The notes under the pieces: generated by a model
Told to the model about the DNA's origin: nothing
What the model saw: the letters and a program-made list of their open reading frames with translations, nothing else
Databases searched by the model: none
Shown here: positions 19,978 through 30,557 of the stretch, piece after piece
Layout: each line of letters starts with the position of its first letter
How positions within the stretch are numbered: position 1 is the first letter of the stretch
From: a virus
Virus record (IMG/VR): IMGVR_UViG_3300024581_003789
Location: 59,665 to 123,664 of that record
DNA length: 64,000 bases
Strand: one strand, 5' to 3'
Program-made: the position numbers and the translations under genes

Positions 19978-20319
19978 TTAGCTAATATATCTTCGCCACG
20001 AATGACGCTTTCTGTTTTCTAGGTAATTTAGATCATATTGATTATCGTAAGCTTCTCGCTCAAAAGGAATGTTGAAATAAGCATCATTATTTGACATTCC
20101 TTTAACTTTACCCTTCAACCAATACAAACCATAGAGTATATAAAAAGGAATAACCCAGAGTTCACGCTGTTGCTCTATATGTATACATTCGTGTCGAATT
20201 GTGGTTTCACTCATTTCTCCTCTAGATATGATAAAAGGAAAAAGAGTAATTGCATTAATGTTAATAAAAATAGAGAGATACTTTGGAATCTTGCTATTCT
20301 GTATAATTTTTGTTTTCAT
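19978..20319 (-). CDS. Small HExxH zinc-metallopeptidase-like protein
   Basis: IRHECIHIEQ...PFEREAY (HExxH plus downstream Glu); AAGGT RBS; the only convincing minus-strand gene. Confidence 0.7.
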   Translation of the reverse strand: MKTKIIQNSKIPKYLSIFININAITLFPFIISRGEMSETTIRHECIHIEQQRELWVIPFYILYGLYWLKGKVKGMSNNDAYFNIPFEREAYDNQYDLNYLENRKRHSWRRYIS

Positions 20320-20391
20320 TGTTTAACACCTTTGGAAAGTTTAATATATATATAATAATTATAAACAATTACGATATTTGAGGAGATAAAT

Positions 20392-20748
20392 ATGGCAACA
20401 AAATCAAAATCTAGCGGTGCATCTAAATCAACCAAGTCAAAAGCTTCTAAATCTAGTGCTTCTTCATCTAGTGCGGGTAGCGAAGTTAAAGAACTTAGTG
20501 AAAAATTAGCACTTTTTGAAAAGAAGCTTGAATCAATGGAAAAAGCAATGGCAGCTGTTGAAGCTGAATTGGCTAAAAAAGACATGTCTTTGTTGGAGAA
20601 GATCTCTGAAGGCGTTGAAAATGTCAAAGGCGAAATGGAAAAAATGAAGAGTGAAAAAAGTTCTGACTCTGGAAGCTCTGCAGACACTGAATTACGTCAA
20701 AAAATTGCTAAGTTTCATCCAAAACTAGCACGTGCATTGCGTCTATAA
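20392..20748 (+). CDS. Hypothetical coiled-coil protein with Ser/Lys-rich N-terminus
   Basis: GAGGAG RBS; heptad-like middle region. Confidence 0.75.
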   Translation: MATKSKSSGASKSTKSKASKSSASSSSAGSEVKELSEKLALFEKKLESMEKAMAAVEAELAKKDMSLLEKISEGVENVKGEMEKMKSEKSSDSGSSADTELRQKIAKFHPKLARALRL

Positions 20749-20768
20749 TTTTATAGCGCTTTGTATTA

Positions 20769-20963
20769 ATGTCAGAAAACCGCAAGAACAAAAAGCTAGT
20801 AAGAATAAATTTTATTTACATAGCTATTGTCTTTGCGGTTTTTTTAATGTATTTTGATATATATAGAATAGAGGCAAAGAAATTTGTCAAAAAAACTTGC
20901 AAAATTACTCGCAAGTTGATTAAAGATATTAAAAGGAAGTTTAAAAATGAGCAGCAATATTAA
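20769..20963 (+). CDS. Possible small single-TM membrane protein
   Basis: One hydrophobic stretch with a basic tail; weak RBS. Confidence 0.3.
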   Translation: MSENRKNKKLVRINFIYIAIVFAVFLMYFDIYRIEAKKFVKKTCKITRKLIKDIKRKFKNEQQY

Positions 20964-21297
20964 TCGATCTAAAATTAGAAAAATGATCTTAAAAGAATTT
21001 AAAATGATGGGAATGGCAAACATGGGCACAGTTGGCACAGCCCCAATGGGAGTTTCTTCTCATTCTTTCGATGGCGGAATGCATGACATGATGGGTAGCG
21101 AAGTTCCAGGCATGGATGTTGAATTTGACATGGGAGACGATATGCACACTATGCAAACCCATGATCACTCACAAGGTGGCGTATCTAAAGAAGATTGTTG
21201 TGCAGCAGTTATGTCATTGATTGAATGTTGTGCATGTCCAGATACAAAAAGTGCTTTGATGCAATGTTGTCAAGATATTTTGGCAGGAAGAATCTAA
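20947..21297 (+). CDS. Met/His/Cys-rich small protein, putative metal binding
   Basis: Met-rich middle, HTMQTHDH, and DCC..ECCAC..QCC C-terminus. Confidence 0.7.
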   Translation: MSSNINRSKIRKMILKEFKMMGMANMGTVGTAPMGVSSHSFDGGMHDMMGSEVPGMDVEFDMGDDMHTMQTHDHSQGGVSKEDCCAAVMSLIECCACPDTKSALMQCCQDILAGRI

Positions 21298-21362
21298 AAC
21301 GTTTTCAAGTATTTGTTGAGTTTTTAGCCTACTTATTAATATAACAAGCATGAGGTAAGAGC

Positions 21363-22514
21363 GTGGCAAATTTTGCAAATACAACTAATCCAACACCATT
21401 TCAAATCTATGACAATGATCCTGAATTCATAGTAGATGCTGATAATATCGTCACCTTTGTTAAAAGAAAGCTAGGTGACGATATTCTTTCTGTAGAGTTG
21501 ACCAAAAAGCAAATTTGGGGTAACTTTGAAGAAGCAACATTAGAATATAGTTCCATTTTAAATCAATATCAAGCAAAGTCTCAATTAGTCAGTTACTTAG
21601 GGTATGCAACAGGAAGCATGACGGGTGGCGAAGAAAAATTTGTTAGAGAAAATCTTGAATTCTTGGGAAGATTTGCTGAACCATACGCAATGGAAGCTGG
21701 AATTGGAGGATCGTATAATTCCATATCCGGATCGATAGCATTAGAAATTGGTCGTCAAGACTATAATATATACGAAGAGTTAGTCGATAGCAATGGTGAT
21801 CCTATATTTGATGAAACAAAAGGGAAGCTTAAGATCGATGAAGTTTTTCACTATAATCCTCAAGCTGCTTATCGATTTTTTGATACAACTTCTGCAATTA
21901 ACTACCTAAATAATGAGTTTAGTTTTGAGTCTTTTACACCTGAGACTGTTTTTTATATCCTTCCCGTCTACGAAGACCTTCTGAGAGGTGGGCAGTTAGA
22001 CCTTTCAAACAGAGTAAGAAGATCAAACTTTTCATACAAGATCACCGGAACTAACTTTAGAATCTACCCTATCCCTACAAAAGAACAGAATCTTGTTTTA
22101 CGTGTTAGGCAATATCCGGATCCTTTGTCGCCATCATATCAAGACGATACTATTCATGGTGTCTCCAATATGAGTAATTTGCCCTTTGGAAATGTTAAGT
22201 ATGAAAGAATTAACAGTATAGGTCGCCAGTGGATCAGAAGCTACACTCTAGCTATTTCAATGGAACAATTAGGTTATATTAGGGGTAAGTTTGGAAGTAT
22301 TCCTGTTCCTAATTCTGACGTTACCCTGAACCACTCTGAATTATTATCTAACGGGCGATCAGACAAAGACAGCCTTAAAGAAAAACTCAGAGAAATGCTA
22401 GACTCAATGACTTATGACAAGTTGATGGAAATACAATCAACTAGAGCAGAGCAAATTCAAAAACAACTTAAGTTTGTACCAATTCCTAACGGGAAAGCAA
22501 TTATAATAGGATAA
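21363..22514 (+). CDS. Neck/head-tail adaptor protein (gp13-like)
   Basis: GAGG RBS + GTG; VKRKLG..L.VEL N-terminus and IRGKFGSIP..VTLN C-terminus; first gene of neck block. Confidence 0.7.
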   Translation: MANFANTTNPTPFQIYDNDPEFIVDADNIVTFVKRKLGDDILSVELTKKQIWGNFEEATLEYSSILNQYQAKSQLVSYLGYATGSMTGGEEKFVRENLEFLGRFAEPYAMEAGIGGSYNSISGSIALEIGRQDYNIYEELVDSNGDPIFDETKGKLKIDEVFHYNPQAAYRFFDTTSAINYLNNEFSFESFTPETVFYILPVYEDLLRGGQLDLSNRVRRSNFSYKITGTNFRIYPIPTKEQNLVLRVRQYPDPLSPSYQDDTIHGVSNMSNLPFGNVKYERINSIGRQWIRSYTLAISMEQLGYIRGKFGSIPVPNSDVTLNHSELLSNGRSDKDSLKEKLREMLDSMTYDKLMEIQSTRAEQIQKQLKFVPIPNGKAIIIG

Positions 22515-22518
22515 TATC

Positions 22519-23187
22519 ATGCCAAGACTTTTTATATCAAAGAGAGAAATAGACTTTATGAATGACATTGCAAAAGAAGTCATTAAGGACGTCATAGGAC
22601 AAAAAATATATCTCTTTCAAATATCTGAAATTAAATCAAAAGTTCACGATATTTACGAAGAAAGTCAAGATAAAGTCTTTGAAACGCCTATTGAATTAGA
22701 CTGTCTGGTCAAATACAACGAACAATCAATCAAAACTGATCGATTCGGGTCTGAAGAATATTATACGATTGAGGCATATATTCAATCACGAGATTTGCTT
22801 GATAAGGGTATTGAGATATTAGAAGGGGACTTCTTTTCTTATGGTTCTACTTTTTTTGAAATTATTAAAGCACCGATATCACAAACAATCATGGGACAAA
22901 TTGAGCACAAACGTTATGTAACTATTACGGGACGTCAGGCAAGAAAAGATCAATTCTTGACAAAAATATTTGGACCAACAAGCGAAGAATATACCGACAG
23001 TGACGCCATACAAGATACTTTTGTTCAACAACGAGGCTTTGAAGAAAACCAGTTGGGGCCGACTGCAGATGTTAGAGACTTGCAAAAGAAAGGAGTGCTT
23101 GATGCTCCTATCACCGGACCAAAAGAAGTATCGCCTAAAGGAGAGACAGATAAATCTAGATCTTCATTTTATGATGACGAAGAGTAA
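22519..23187 (+). CDS. Neck/head closure protein (gp14-like)
   Basis: Position; LEGDFFSYG..FFEI beta-barrel-like motif. Confidence 0.6.
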   Translation: MPRLFISKREIDFMNDIAKEVIKDVIGQKIYLFQISEIKSKVHDIYEESQDKVFETPIELDCLVKYNEQSIKTDRFGSEEYYTIEAYIQSRDLLDKGIEILEGDFFSYGSTFFEIIKAPISQTIMGQIEHKRYVTITGRQARKDQFLTKIFGPTSEEYTDSDAIQDTFVQQRGFEENQLGPTADVRDLQKKGVLDAPITGPKEVSPKGETDKSRSSFYDDEE

Positions 23188-23190
23188 AAT

Positions 23191-24393
23191 ATGACAAATA
23201 AAAATCCACCAGTTAAAAGAGTAGAAGTAAAAAAGTTTCACGGCGAAAACATTCCTGAAGGTTTTGAATTTCCAAGCATTGGAATTGAAGATATTGACCG
23301 GTCTGTTTTTAATCTCTTTGACGAGGATTTAAAAATAGTAACGACTAGCAAAGGCGTTTCAAGAGAAGTTCCTGTTATATTCGCAACGGGAGAACGATTT
23401 GCACTCACTAGAAGAAAAAAGCCAATTAGAGACAACAATAATACTAATATACTTCCGCTAATATCTATTGTTAGAGAGAATATCGATATTAGTCCTGGGC
23501 AAAGCGGCAAAGGAACAGCTATTTCTTTTAGAGCACAACCCGGTTATTATGTCAAAAAAAGACTTCATGAAAAAGACCGAGCATATCAAAATCTTGTCAA
23601 CAAGCCCGGGCTACTTAATCAGGAAAATGTATCCTCTCCTAATAATTTTATTGATAGTGTGGGTCAGGTGGGAATAAAAGAAGGAACTGTGGGTTCTAGA
23701 AGACAAAAAAGCAGCATAAAGTTTTCTTCAGGCGCATCAATTCAATTAAATAACGATATTAATGCAAACATCTATGAAATGATTCAAGTTCCTTACCCGT
23801 ATTTTGTTACAATGACCTATAATATTACTTTTTGGTGTCAGTACATGAAACAAGGCAATGAAATGATTGAGTATCTTTTAAATAGAATTGACGTTCCGGG
23901 TGGAGAGTTTGCAATCAAAACTAAAGAAGGGTACGAACTAGTTGCTTTTATTGGTGACAATATTACATTTAACAATAATTTTGACTCAATGACAGACGAT
24001 GAAAGACTGATTAAGTATAGTTTTGTGTTGACTGTTCCTGGCTATATAATCAATCCTAAAGCACCGGGTATTCCTGTTCAAACAAGAAGTTTTATATCAG
24101 CGCCTCAAATTGATTTTAGTTATTTTGACACTTCTAGAAATGTAAAAGTTGATTATCAGCCTGAAACAAAAAAAGAAAATATTGAAAAACATGTTCTCTC
24201 AGATATTACAAGTGAAAAAGAATTGGAGTATCAACGTGGAGAAACGAGTGAAGTTATTGAAGAATATGTTGAGAATCCTTTTAACAACTCTGGAAAAAAA
24301 GAATTTTTAAAGATTAAAAACTCAAACTCTAGATCGGGAGAATCGACTATTTCAACCAAGACAATTAAAGAAATAGATCGCCAGTTTGAATAA
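23191..24393 (+). CDS. Tail terminator/sheath stabilizer (gp15-like)
   Basis: VPVIFATGERF, LPLISIVR, VTMTYNITFW; immediately before the sheaths. Confidence 0.6.
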   Translation: MTNKNPPVKRVEVKKFHGENIPEGFEFPSIGIEDIDRSVFNLFDEDLKIVTTSKGVSREVPVIFATGERFALTRRKKPIRDNNNTNILPLISIVRENIDISPGQSGKGTAISFRAQPGYYVKKRLHEKDRAYQNLVNKPGLLNQENVSSPNNFIDSVGQVGIKEGTVGSRRQKSSIKFSSGASIQLNNDINANIYEMIQVPYPYFVTMTYNITFWCQYMKQGNEMIEYLLNRIDVPGGEFAIKTKEGYELVAFIGDNITFNNNFDSMTDDERLIKYSFVLTVPGYIINPKAPGIPVQTRSFISAPQIDFSYFDTSRNVKVDYQPETKKENIEKHVLSDITSEKELEYQRGETSEVIEEYVENPFNNSGKKEFLKIKNSNSRSGESTISTKTIKEIDRQFE

Positions 24394-24452
24394 TTTAAAA
24401 GAAATTTAAAGTATGTAGTGATACTTATATAACGTGAAATTAGGAGAAATTA

Positions 24453-27400
24453 ATGACTGAACAAACGTTTAGATCTCCGGGTTTTTTTGAACGTGAAGTT
24501 GACTTAACTCAGAGAGCCGTAGAAATAGAAGGCATTCCAGCTGGAATCATTGGAACTGCAAAACAAGGTCCGGCATTTGTTCCTGTCACTCTTGGATCAA
24601 TGGTTGATTTTGAGAGAAAGTTTGGATCGCTAGATAGAAATATGTTTGGTCCTTACGCTGTTAAGGAATGGTTAAAAAATAGAACTGCTGTAACATTTAT
24701 TAGAGTCTTGGGTGCAGGTGCCGCAAATACTTCTGGTGATGTTCTTGAAACTGCGACTTATGGAACTGTAAAAAATGCAGGTTTTGTTGTTAAAGGCAAG
24801 AACGGAGAAGACGGAAGATTAGAAGGTGCAGTACAGTTTCTTGTTGCCGCACACGAAGTAAGCGCAGACGAAGCCATTGGCTACCCTATGTTTTCAAACA
24901 ATGATTCATTCGATACAGCAACAACAACAAGATTAGTTAGAGCAATGATCTTGACAGCACAAGGTGCACGTATTGAGGTTATGGATCACGACGAGAGTTA
25001 TACAACTACTACGTCAGATGATTTGGCTAGTGTTTCAGAAACAGAAAAACTGTTTAAGTTGGTTATCTCTAGTTCAGATGGTTCTTCTTTTGGAAACAGT
25101 GATTCAAAACCGGGTTTGAGAATTTATACAGGCTCCTTAAATCCTGAGAGCGAGCATTACATCGGAAAGTTTTTAAATAGAGATCCTCATATGTTTGGAG
25201 AAGCCAAGCATTTGCTTTATGCTGATTTTCCAATTGAAGATGCTATAGCAACTGTTAAGTATGATGCAGCTGCAGGAACAGTTGGTGTAACTTCTGGTTC
25301 TGACGGAACTAGTTCTGCAGGAGACTCAGGCTTGTCTTTCAAAGATCTTTTTGGACGATTTGATACAAGATATACAACTGCAAAAACAACATCATTTATC
25401 TCTCAGCCTTTCGGAGAAAAAGAATACGATTTGTTTCACTTTGAATCACTTGACGACGGTGAGGCAGGTAATCAAAGAGTAAAAGTATCTATATCTAACT
25501 TAAGAAAGTCGACTAATCCTAAGTCTAGCTTTGGAACATTTACTGTTTTGGTGAGAGACTATAACGATACTGATACAGACTTGAAAGTTTTAGAGCAGTT
25601 TGGAAATTGTACATTAGATCCAAACGACGAAAACTATGTTGCTAATAAAATTGGAGACATGAAGTTATATTTCAACTTTAATGCATCTACAGAATCTGAA
25701 AGAAGAATCAACGTTGAGGGCAAAAGACCAAATAGATCACAATTTGTAAGAATTGTCATGAATAGAAATGTTGAAGATGGATTAATTCCTCAAGAGACCT
25801 TGCCGTTTGGCTTTAGAGGGTTACCTGTTCTTAAGACAAATGATAACTTAAGAGATGACGACGGTATTCTTGATGGTGGATCTTTGAATCAAAGAATCAC
25901 AATGATTAATGGTTCAGCTGCAATTGCAGGAGAGCACCTTTCCGGGTCTATTGTTCCTCCAGTTCCTTTTAGATTTAAAGCTACAAGAGGATCTGTATAT
26001 AACGACGCATCTCCTAGCTTCACAGGTCAACCTGGAGGCTTAGAATTGGCTGATTCTAGATTTTTCTGGGGTGTTAAGTTAGAAACAATTCCAGACACAA
26101 AAACATTTAGTGATGCAATTTTTAATTCAAATGCTTCTTCAAACAAAAACGAATTACTGAAAAGCTATAGTAAATTGCTCGGAATTCAAAAGCTTGATGC
26201 GTTAACATCAGGTTATGATGCTGATAATTTTTCAAACAATAAGTTTACGTTAGCAAGAGTTGCTTTGAATGGCAATATTGATACCACAACTTCAATTGAA
26301 GACGAGATCAGCAATGTTGTTACGGGATCAGCTAGCACTCATATGCGTGATGCAGCTTACATAAGAAATGGTTCGTTAGAAACTAAAAACTATACAATTG
26401 CAGACTCTTCATTGAAAAGACCTACATTCGCTACTTTGGCGGCAGCAAGAAATGCTAAATACTTCAATAAATTTACTGACTATGCTAAATTTACCAACAT
26501 TATGTTTGGCGGATTTGACGGATTAAATATTCTGAGTAAAGACAGTCATTTGATGAATGATAAAGCGTCTTCAGTTGAAGGATTGGCTGGTGGATCTGCT
26601 GAAGGTTATGCAAACTTACATGAAGACTCATCACCTGGAATCGGAAAAGAAAACAATATTATTAGTTCTTATAGAGCAGCAGCCTCTGTCATGACTGATC
26701 CTTTTGCTTCCCGCGTTAATGTCTTGGTAGTTCCTGGCATCAAAGATCCCTTTATTACAGATCACGTTTCAGAACTCACAAGAGATTATAGCAAGGCAAT
26801 CTATTTGATGGATATTCCTTCTTACAGTGGCGGATCTAGCAGCGAAAGACTTTTCGATGACAGCTCAGACGTTCCCGATGTCCAAGAAACTATTGATCAG
26901 TTTGAGTCACGAGCAGTTGATAACAATTATGTTGCAACTTATTTCCCAGATGTTGTCTGCAAAGATGAAGAACAAAACATTAATGTTCCTTTGCCTTCTT
27001 CGATTGCAGCACTTAAAGCGCTAGGATATAATGACTCAATTGCTTACCCGTGGTTTGCTCCTGCTGGTTTTAATAGAGGCGCACTAAATAACGTTGTCAA
27101 TACTGAAGTTAGACTAAATGCTGAAGATAGAAACATTTTGTATGAGTCACGAATCAATCCAATTGCTAGTTTCCCAAATGGTGGGTTTGTAATATTTGGA
27201 CAAAAAACGCTACAACAAGACAAATCTTCTTTGGACAGAGTTAATGTACGAAGAATGTTACTTGAGGTTAAGAGAATTATATCAGAAATTGCTAATGGTT
27301 TGATTTTTGAGCAAAATACTCCTCAAACTAGATCTAGATTTGTTGCTGAGGCAACTCCTGCACTTGCAACAATTCAAGCTCAGCAAGGTATTGATCAGTT

Positions 27401-27548
27401 TAGAATTATCATGGATTCAACAAATAATAGCGAAGAAGATGTACAAACAAATAGATTGAATGGTAGAATTGTTCTTGTTCCAACTAGAGCTATTGAATTT
27501 ATCGCAGTCGACTTTATAATTACAAATTCTGGCGTTAGCTTTGAATAA
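24453..27548 (+). CDS. gp18: Contractile tail sheath protein 1 (gp18-like, expanded)
   Basis: SPGFFEREVDL N-terminus; WFAPAGFNRG, INPI, GQKTL, DRVNVRR and PTRAIEFI..DF C-terminal sheath motifs. Confidence 0.92.
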   Translation: MTEQTFRSPGFFEREVDLTQRAVEIEGIPAGIIGTAKQGPAFVPVTLGSMVDFERKFGSLDRNMFGPYAVKEWLKNRTAVTFIRVLGAGAANTSGDVLETATYGTVKNAGFVVKGKNGEDGRLEGAVQFLVAAHEVSADEAIGYPMFSNNDSFDTATTTRLVRAMILTAQGARIEVMDHDESYTTTTSDDLASVSETEKLFKLVISSSDGSSFGNSDSKPGLRIYTGSLNPESEHYIGKFLNRDPHMFGEAKHLLYADFPIEDAIATVKYDAAAGTVGVTSGSDGTSSAGDSGLSFKDLFGRFDTRYTTAKTTSFISQPFGEKEYDLFHFESLDDGEAGNQRVKVSISNLRKSTNPKSSFGTFTVLVRDYNDTDTDLKVLEQFGNCTLDPNDENYVANKIGDMKLYFNFNASTESERRINVEGKRPNRSQFVRIVMNRNVEDGLIPQETLPFGFRGLPVLKTNDNLRDDDGILDGGSLNQRITMINGSAAIAGEHLSGSIVPPVPFRFKATRGSVYNDASPSFTGQPGGLELADSRFFWGVKLETIPDTKTFSDAIFNSNASSNKNELLKSYSKLLGIQKLDALTSGYDADNFSNNKFTLARVALNGNIDTTTSIEDEISNVVTGSASTHMRDAAYIRNGSLETKNYTIADSSLKRPTFATLAAARNAKYFNKFTDYAKFTNIMFGGFDGLNILSKDSHLMNDKASSVEGLAGGSAEGYANLHEDSSPGIGKENNIISSYRAAASVMTDPFASRVNVLVVPGIKDPFITDHVSELTRDYSKAIYLMDIPSYSGGSSSERLFDDSSDVPDVQETIDQFESRAVDNNYVATYFPDVVCKDEEQNINVPLPSSIAALKALGYNDSIAYPWFAPAGFNRGALNNVVNTEVRLNAEDRNILYESRINPIASFPNGGFVIFGQKTLQQDKSSLDRVNVRRMLLEVKRIISEIANGLIFEQNTPQTRSRFVAEATPALATIQAQQGIDQFRIIMDSTNNSEEDVQTNRLNGRIVLVPTRAIEFIAVDFIITNSGVSFE

Positions 27549-27566
27549 AAATACGGAGAATAACTT

Positions 27567-30521
27567 ATGGGTGAATTAACTTTTAAATCTGCTGGTGTTA
27601 AAACTAGAGAAATCGATCTATCGCAACCTAGTAGAAGTGGCCCAATTGGGGTGCCTGCAGGTATTATTGGTACTTCACAAAAAGGTCCTGCTTATGTACC
27701 ATTAACTTTTTCAAACTACAAAGATTTTAAAACAACTTTTGGTGCTTCTAACGGTGAAAGATTTGGGCCAATGGCAGTCAACCAGTGGCTGGCAAACGCG
27801 CAAGCTGTTACCTTTATCAGAGTATTAGGTGCGGGTAACGGTGAACAAAGAAACATTTCTGGAAAAGTTACCAATGCAGGTTTTACAGTAGGTGAACAAA
27901 CTATTCAAAGTGACGGTGAGTTAGGAAATAATCCTTATGCCGTTAGTTCTGATTCAACTAAGGGAAGAACTTACTTCTTAGGCTGCTTTATGTCAGAGTC
28001 GAATGGCTCAACTTCGTTTACAGATGCTGGAATTCAAACTGGCGAAACTGCGACGGCAATCTTAAGAGGCGTCATATTAGCACCTAGTGGTGTCATCTTA
28101 CACTTAAGCGGTAATTCAGCTGCCTCTAACGAAGCTCCTTCAAAGTCAGACGGTGCCTTAAAGAATCCAAAAGGAGATATAACAGGATCTTTGAATTTGG
28201 CAAGTCAGGAATTTGTAATGTTAATGAACGGTTACAGCAATTCTGACTCATCAAAGAAAACAGCAATTACAGCTTCTTTTGATATGACATCTCCAAATTA
28301 TTTTGCAAATATCTTTAACAAGGATCCTTTAAAAATTGAAGAAGAAGGTCACTTGCTTTATGGTCACTATGATATTTACCCAGATATTGCTGCTGTTACA
28401 GGATCTGGTGTCGTTATTCCTGGCCAATATTCAGCTGGAACTACAGACAAAGAAGATATCGCAATGTTATTGCCTTCTAGCCTAGATCGAAACGTAGGAT
28501 CATCAGACGTTCCTAACTACGAAGACTTTGAGGATAGATTTACACATGCTAAGACGCCTTACGTAATATCACAAGCATTCGGCGCAGTCAATAAAGACTT
28601 GTTTAGAATTCATTTGCTGTCTGACGGTGAAACAGGAAGCGATAAATTAAAATTCTCAATTGAAAACATTAGAAAATCATCTTCTACTGTTGACAAATAC
28701 GGAACATTTGATTTGGTTGTTAGAAAGCTAGAAGATACTGATACTGAGCCTTTAGTTCTTGAATCTTTTAGAGGACTTTCACTTGATCCTTCTTCAGACA
28801 GATATATCGGAAGAGTAATTGGTGATCAGCACATTTATTATAATTTTGATGCAAATCTAGCTAGTCAGAAGATTGTTGTTAGAGGAAGCTATCCGGTCAA
28901 TTCTAGATTTATTAGAGTAGAATTGCATTCTGATGTTGAGAGCGGCAATATTGATGCTGAAGCGCTTCCGTTTGGTTATAGAGGATATGGTCACACTGTA
29001 ACGAGAGGATCAATTTTGGCAGCAGCTAGCGATGCTGGTTATTATAGCGACACCTCAGCTGTTCAAGGAATTGTTGAGCCTCCAGTTCCTTATAGAGAGA
29101 ACATTTCTATCGGATCAGGAATTCAAAAAAGAGTTGATAATAGACTTTACTGGGGACTTCAATCAACAAGAAAAACAAGTGCTAGTGAACCTAATTTGCA
29201 GAGTTTGTATGATGCGTCTTTAGATACCTTTACAAAGCATTTTCCGTCACATAGAACAGATGTATTAAACTTCTTTGTTGAAAACAATCCTGGGACACCA
29301 GATGTCAACGGATCAGTATTGGATTGTGATCTATTTAATAACAATAAATTTTCTTTAGAAAACGTATTGGTATATACAGGTTCAGATGGCCTGGCAGATC
29401 AAGAGAAGTGGGCAGATGCATCTTATGTAAGAAATGGTGTTATCATACCAGACGATGCTGAAAAGACTCGTAGATTTAAACCTGATGATCTTAAAAAGAC
29501 AAGCAATATTAAGTTTGCTAAGTTTACTTTTATGGCACAAGGGGGTTTCAACGGCAACAACATCTTTAATGAAGAAAAATACAAGATGGAAAACCCTGCT
29601 GTTGAAAGAGAAATGTTAGAAGATTCCGGTGTCAAAAGCAACACAATCGCTTCATTTAGAAAAGCTGTTGATGTTATGTCTTCAAAGACAGACGTTGATG
29701 TGCAATTGCTCGCAACACCTGGAATCAGACACCCATCAGTTACAGACTATGCAATTCAAAAAATTGAAAATCGATTTGATGCAATGTACATAATGGATAT
29801 TGAAGAAAAAGATGAATACTCTAATTCTATTACTTCTTCTACACAAAAGCCTCATGTTGCTAATACAGTTTTAAACTTTACTAACAGAGGATTAGATACG
29901 TCTTTTGCAGCAGCATACTTCCCAGATGTAGTTATTACAGATCCCGACACTAAAACTTTGGTTCAAGTTCCTCCATCAGTTGCAGTATTGGGTGCTTACT
30001 CACTAAATGACAGTGTTGCACACCCTTGGTATGCTCCTGCTGGTTTCACAAGAGGTGCGTTAAGTACAGTTGAAATGGCATCTGTGAGATTAAACAGAAC
30101 TAATTTAGATGATCTCTATGAGGCAGATATCAATCCTATTGCTCAGTTTCCTGGGTCAGGTATTACAATCTGGGGTCAGAAAACACTATTGGCTGCTAAC
30201 TCTGCATTAGATAGAATCAACGTAAGACGTTTGCTGATTGATGTTAGAAGAAAAGTAAAAGCAGTTGCTAATACATTGTTATTCGAACCTAACAGAGAAG
30301 AAACTTTAGAAAGATTTTCTGCGCTAGTTAATCCGATTTTGCAAAGAGTTCAAGAGCAAAGCGGGGTAGAAAGATACAAGGCAGTTATTGACACATCAAC
30401 AACAACGCAAGCTGATGTTGAAAATAATACAATTCGTGGTAAAATTTACCTACAGCCTACACGTTCAGTTGAGTTTATTGCTTTGGACTTCGTTGTTACA
30501 AATGCAGGTTCAAATATTTAG
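27567..30521 (+). CDS. gp18: Contractile tail sheath protein 2 (gp18-like, expanded)
   Basis: SAGVKTREIDL; WYAPAGFTRG, WGQKTL, DRINVRR, PTRSVEFIALDF. Confidence 0.92.
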   Translation: MGELTFKSAGVKTREIDLSQPSRSGPIGVPAGIIGTSQKGPAYVPLTFSNYKDFKTTFGASNGERFGPMAVNQWLANAQAVTFIRVLGAGNGEQRNISGKVTNAGFTVGEQTIQSDGELGNNPYAVSSDSTKGRTYFLGCFMSESNGSTSFTDAGIQTGETATAILRGVILAPSGVILHLSGNSAASNEAPSKSDGALKNPKGDITGSLNLASQEFVMLMNGYSNSDSSKKTAITASFDMTSPNYFANIFNKDPLKIEEEGHLLYGHYDIYPDIAAVTGSGVVIPGQYSAGTTDKEDIAMLLPSSLDRNVGSSDVPNYEDFEDRFTHAKTPYVISQAFGAVNKDLFRIHLLSDGETGSDKLKFSIENIRKSSSTVDKYGTFDLVVRKLEDTDTEPLVLESFRGLSLDPSSDRYIGRVIGDQHIYYNFDANLASQKIVVRGSYPVNSRFIRVELHSDVESGNIDAEALPFGYRGYGHTVTRGSILAAASDAGYYSDTSAVQGIVEPPVPYRENISIGSGIQKRVDNRLYWGLQSTRKTSASEPNLQSLYDASLDTFTKHFPSHRTDVLNFFVENNPGTPDVNGSVLDCDLFNNNKFSLENVLVYTGSDGLADQEKWADASYVRNGVIIPDDAEKTRRFKPDDLKKTSNIKFAKFTFMAQGGFNGNNIFNEEKYKMENPAVEREMLEDSGVKSNTIASFRKAVDVMSSKTDVDVQLLATPGIRHPSVTDYAIQKIENRFDAMYIMDIEEKDEYSNSITSSTQKPHVANTVLNFTNRGLDTSFAAAYFPDVVITDPDTKTLVQVPPSVAVLGAYSLNDSVAHPWYAPAGFTRGALSTVEMASVRLNRTNLDDLYEADINPIAQFPGSGITIWGQKTLLAANSALDRINVRRLLIDVRRKVKAVANTLLFEPNREETLERFSALVNPILQRVQEQSGVERYKAVIDTSTTTQADVENNTIRGKIYLQPTRSVEFIALDFVVTNAGSNI

Positions 30522-30557
30522 TTGCTAGATATATAAGATTATAAAGGAGATATAAAC

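Noticed and set aside
20769-20963. Holin
   Set aside because: Single TM segment, weak RBS, 34 kb from the M15 peptidase; it may not be a gene.
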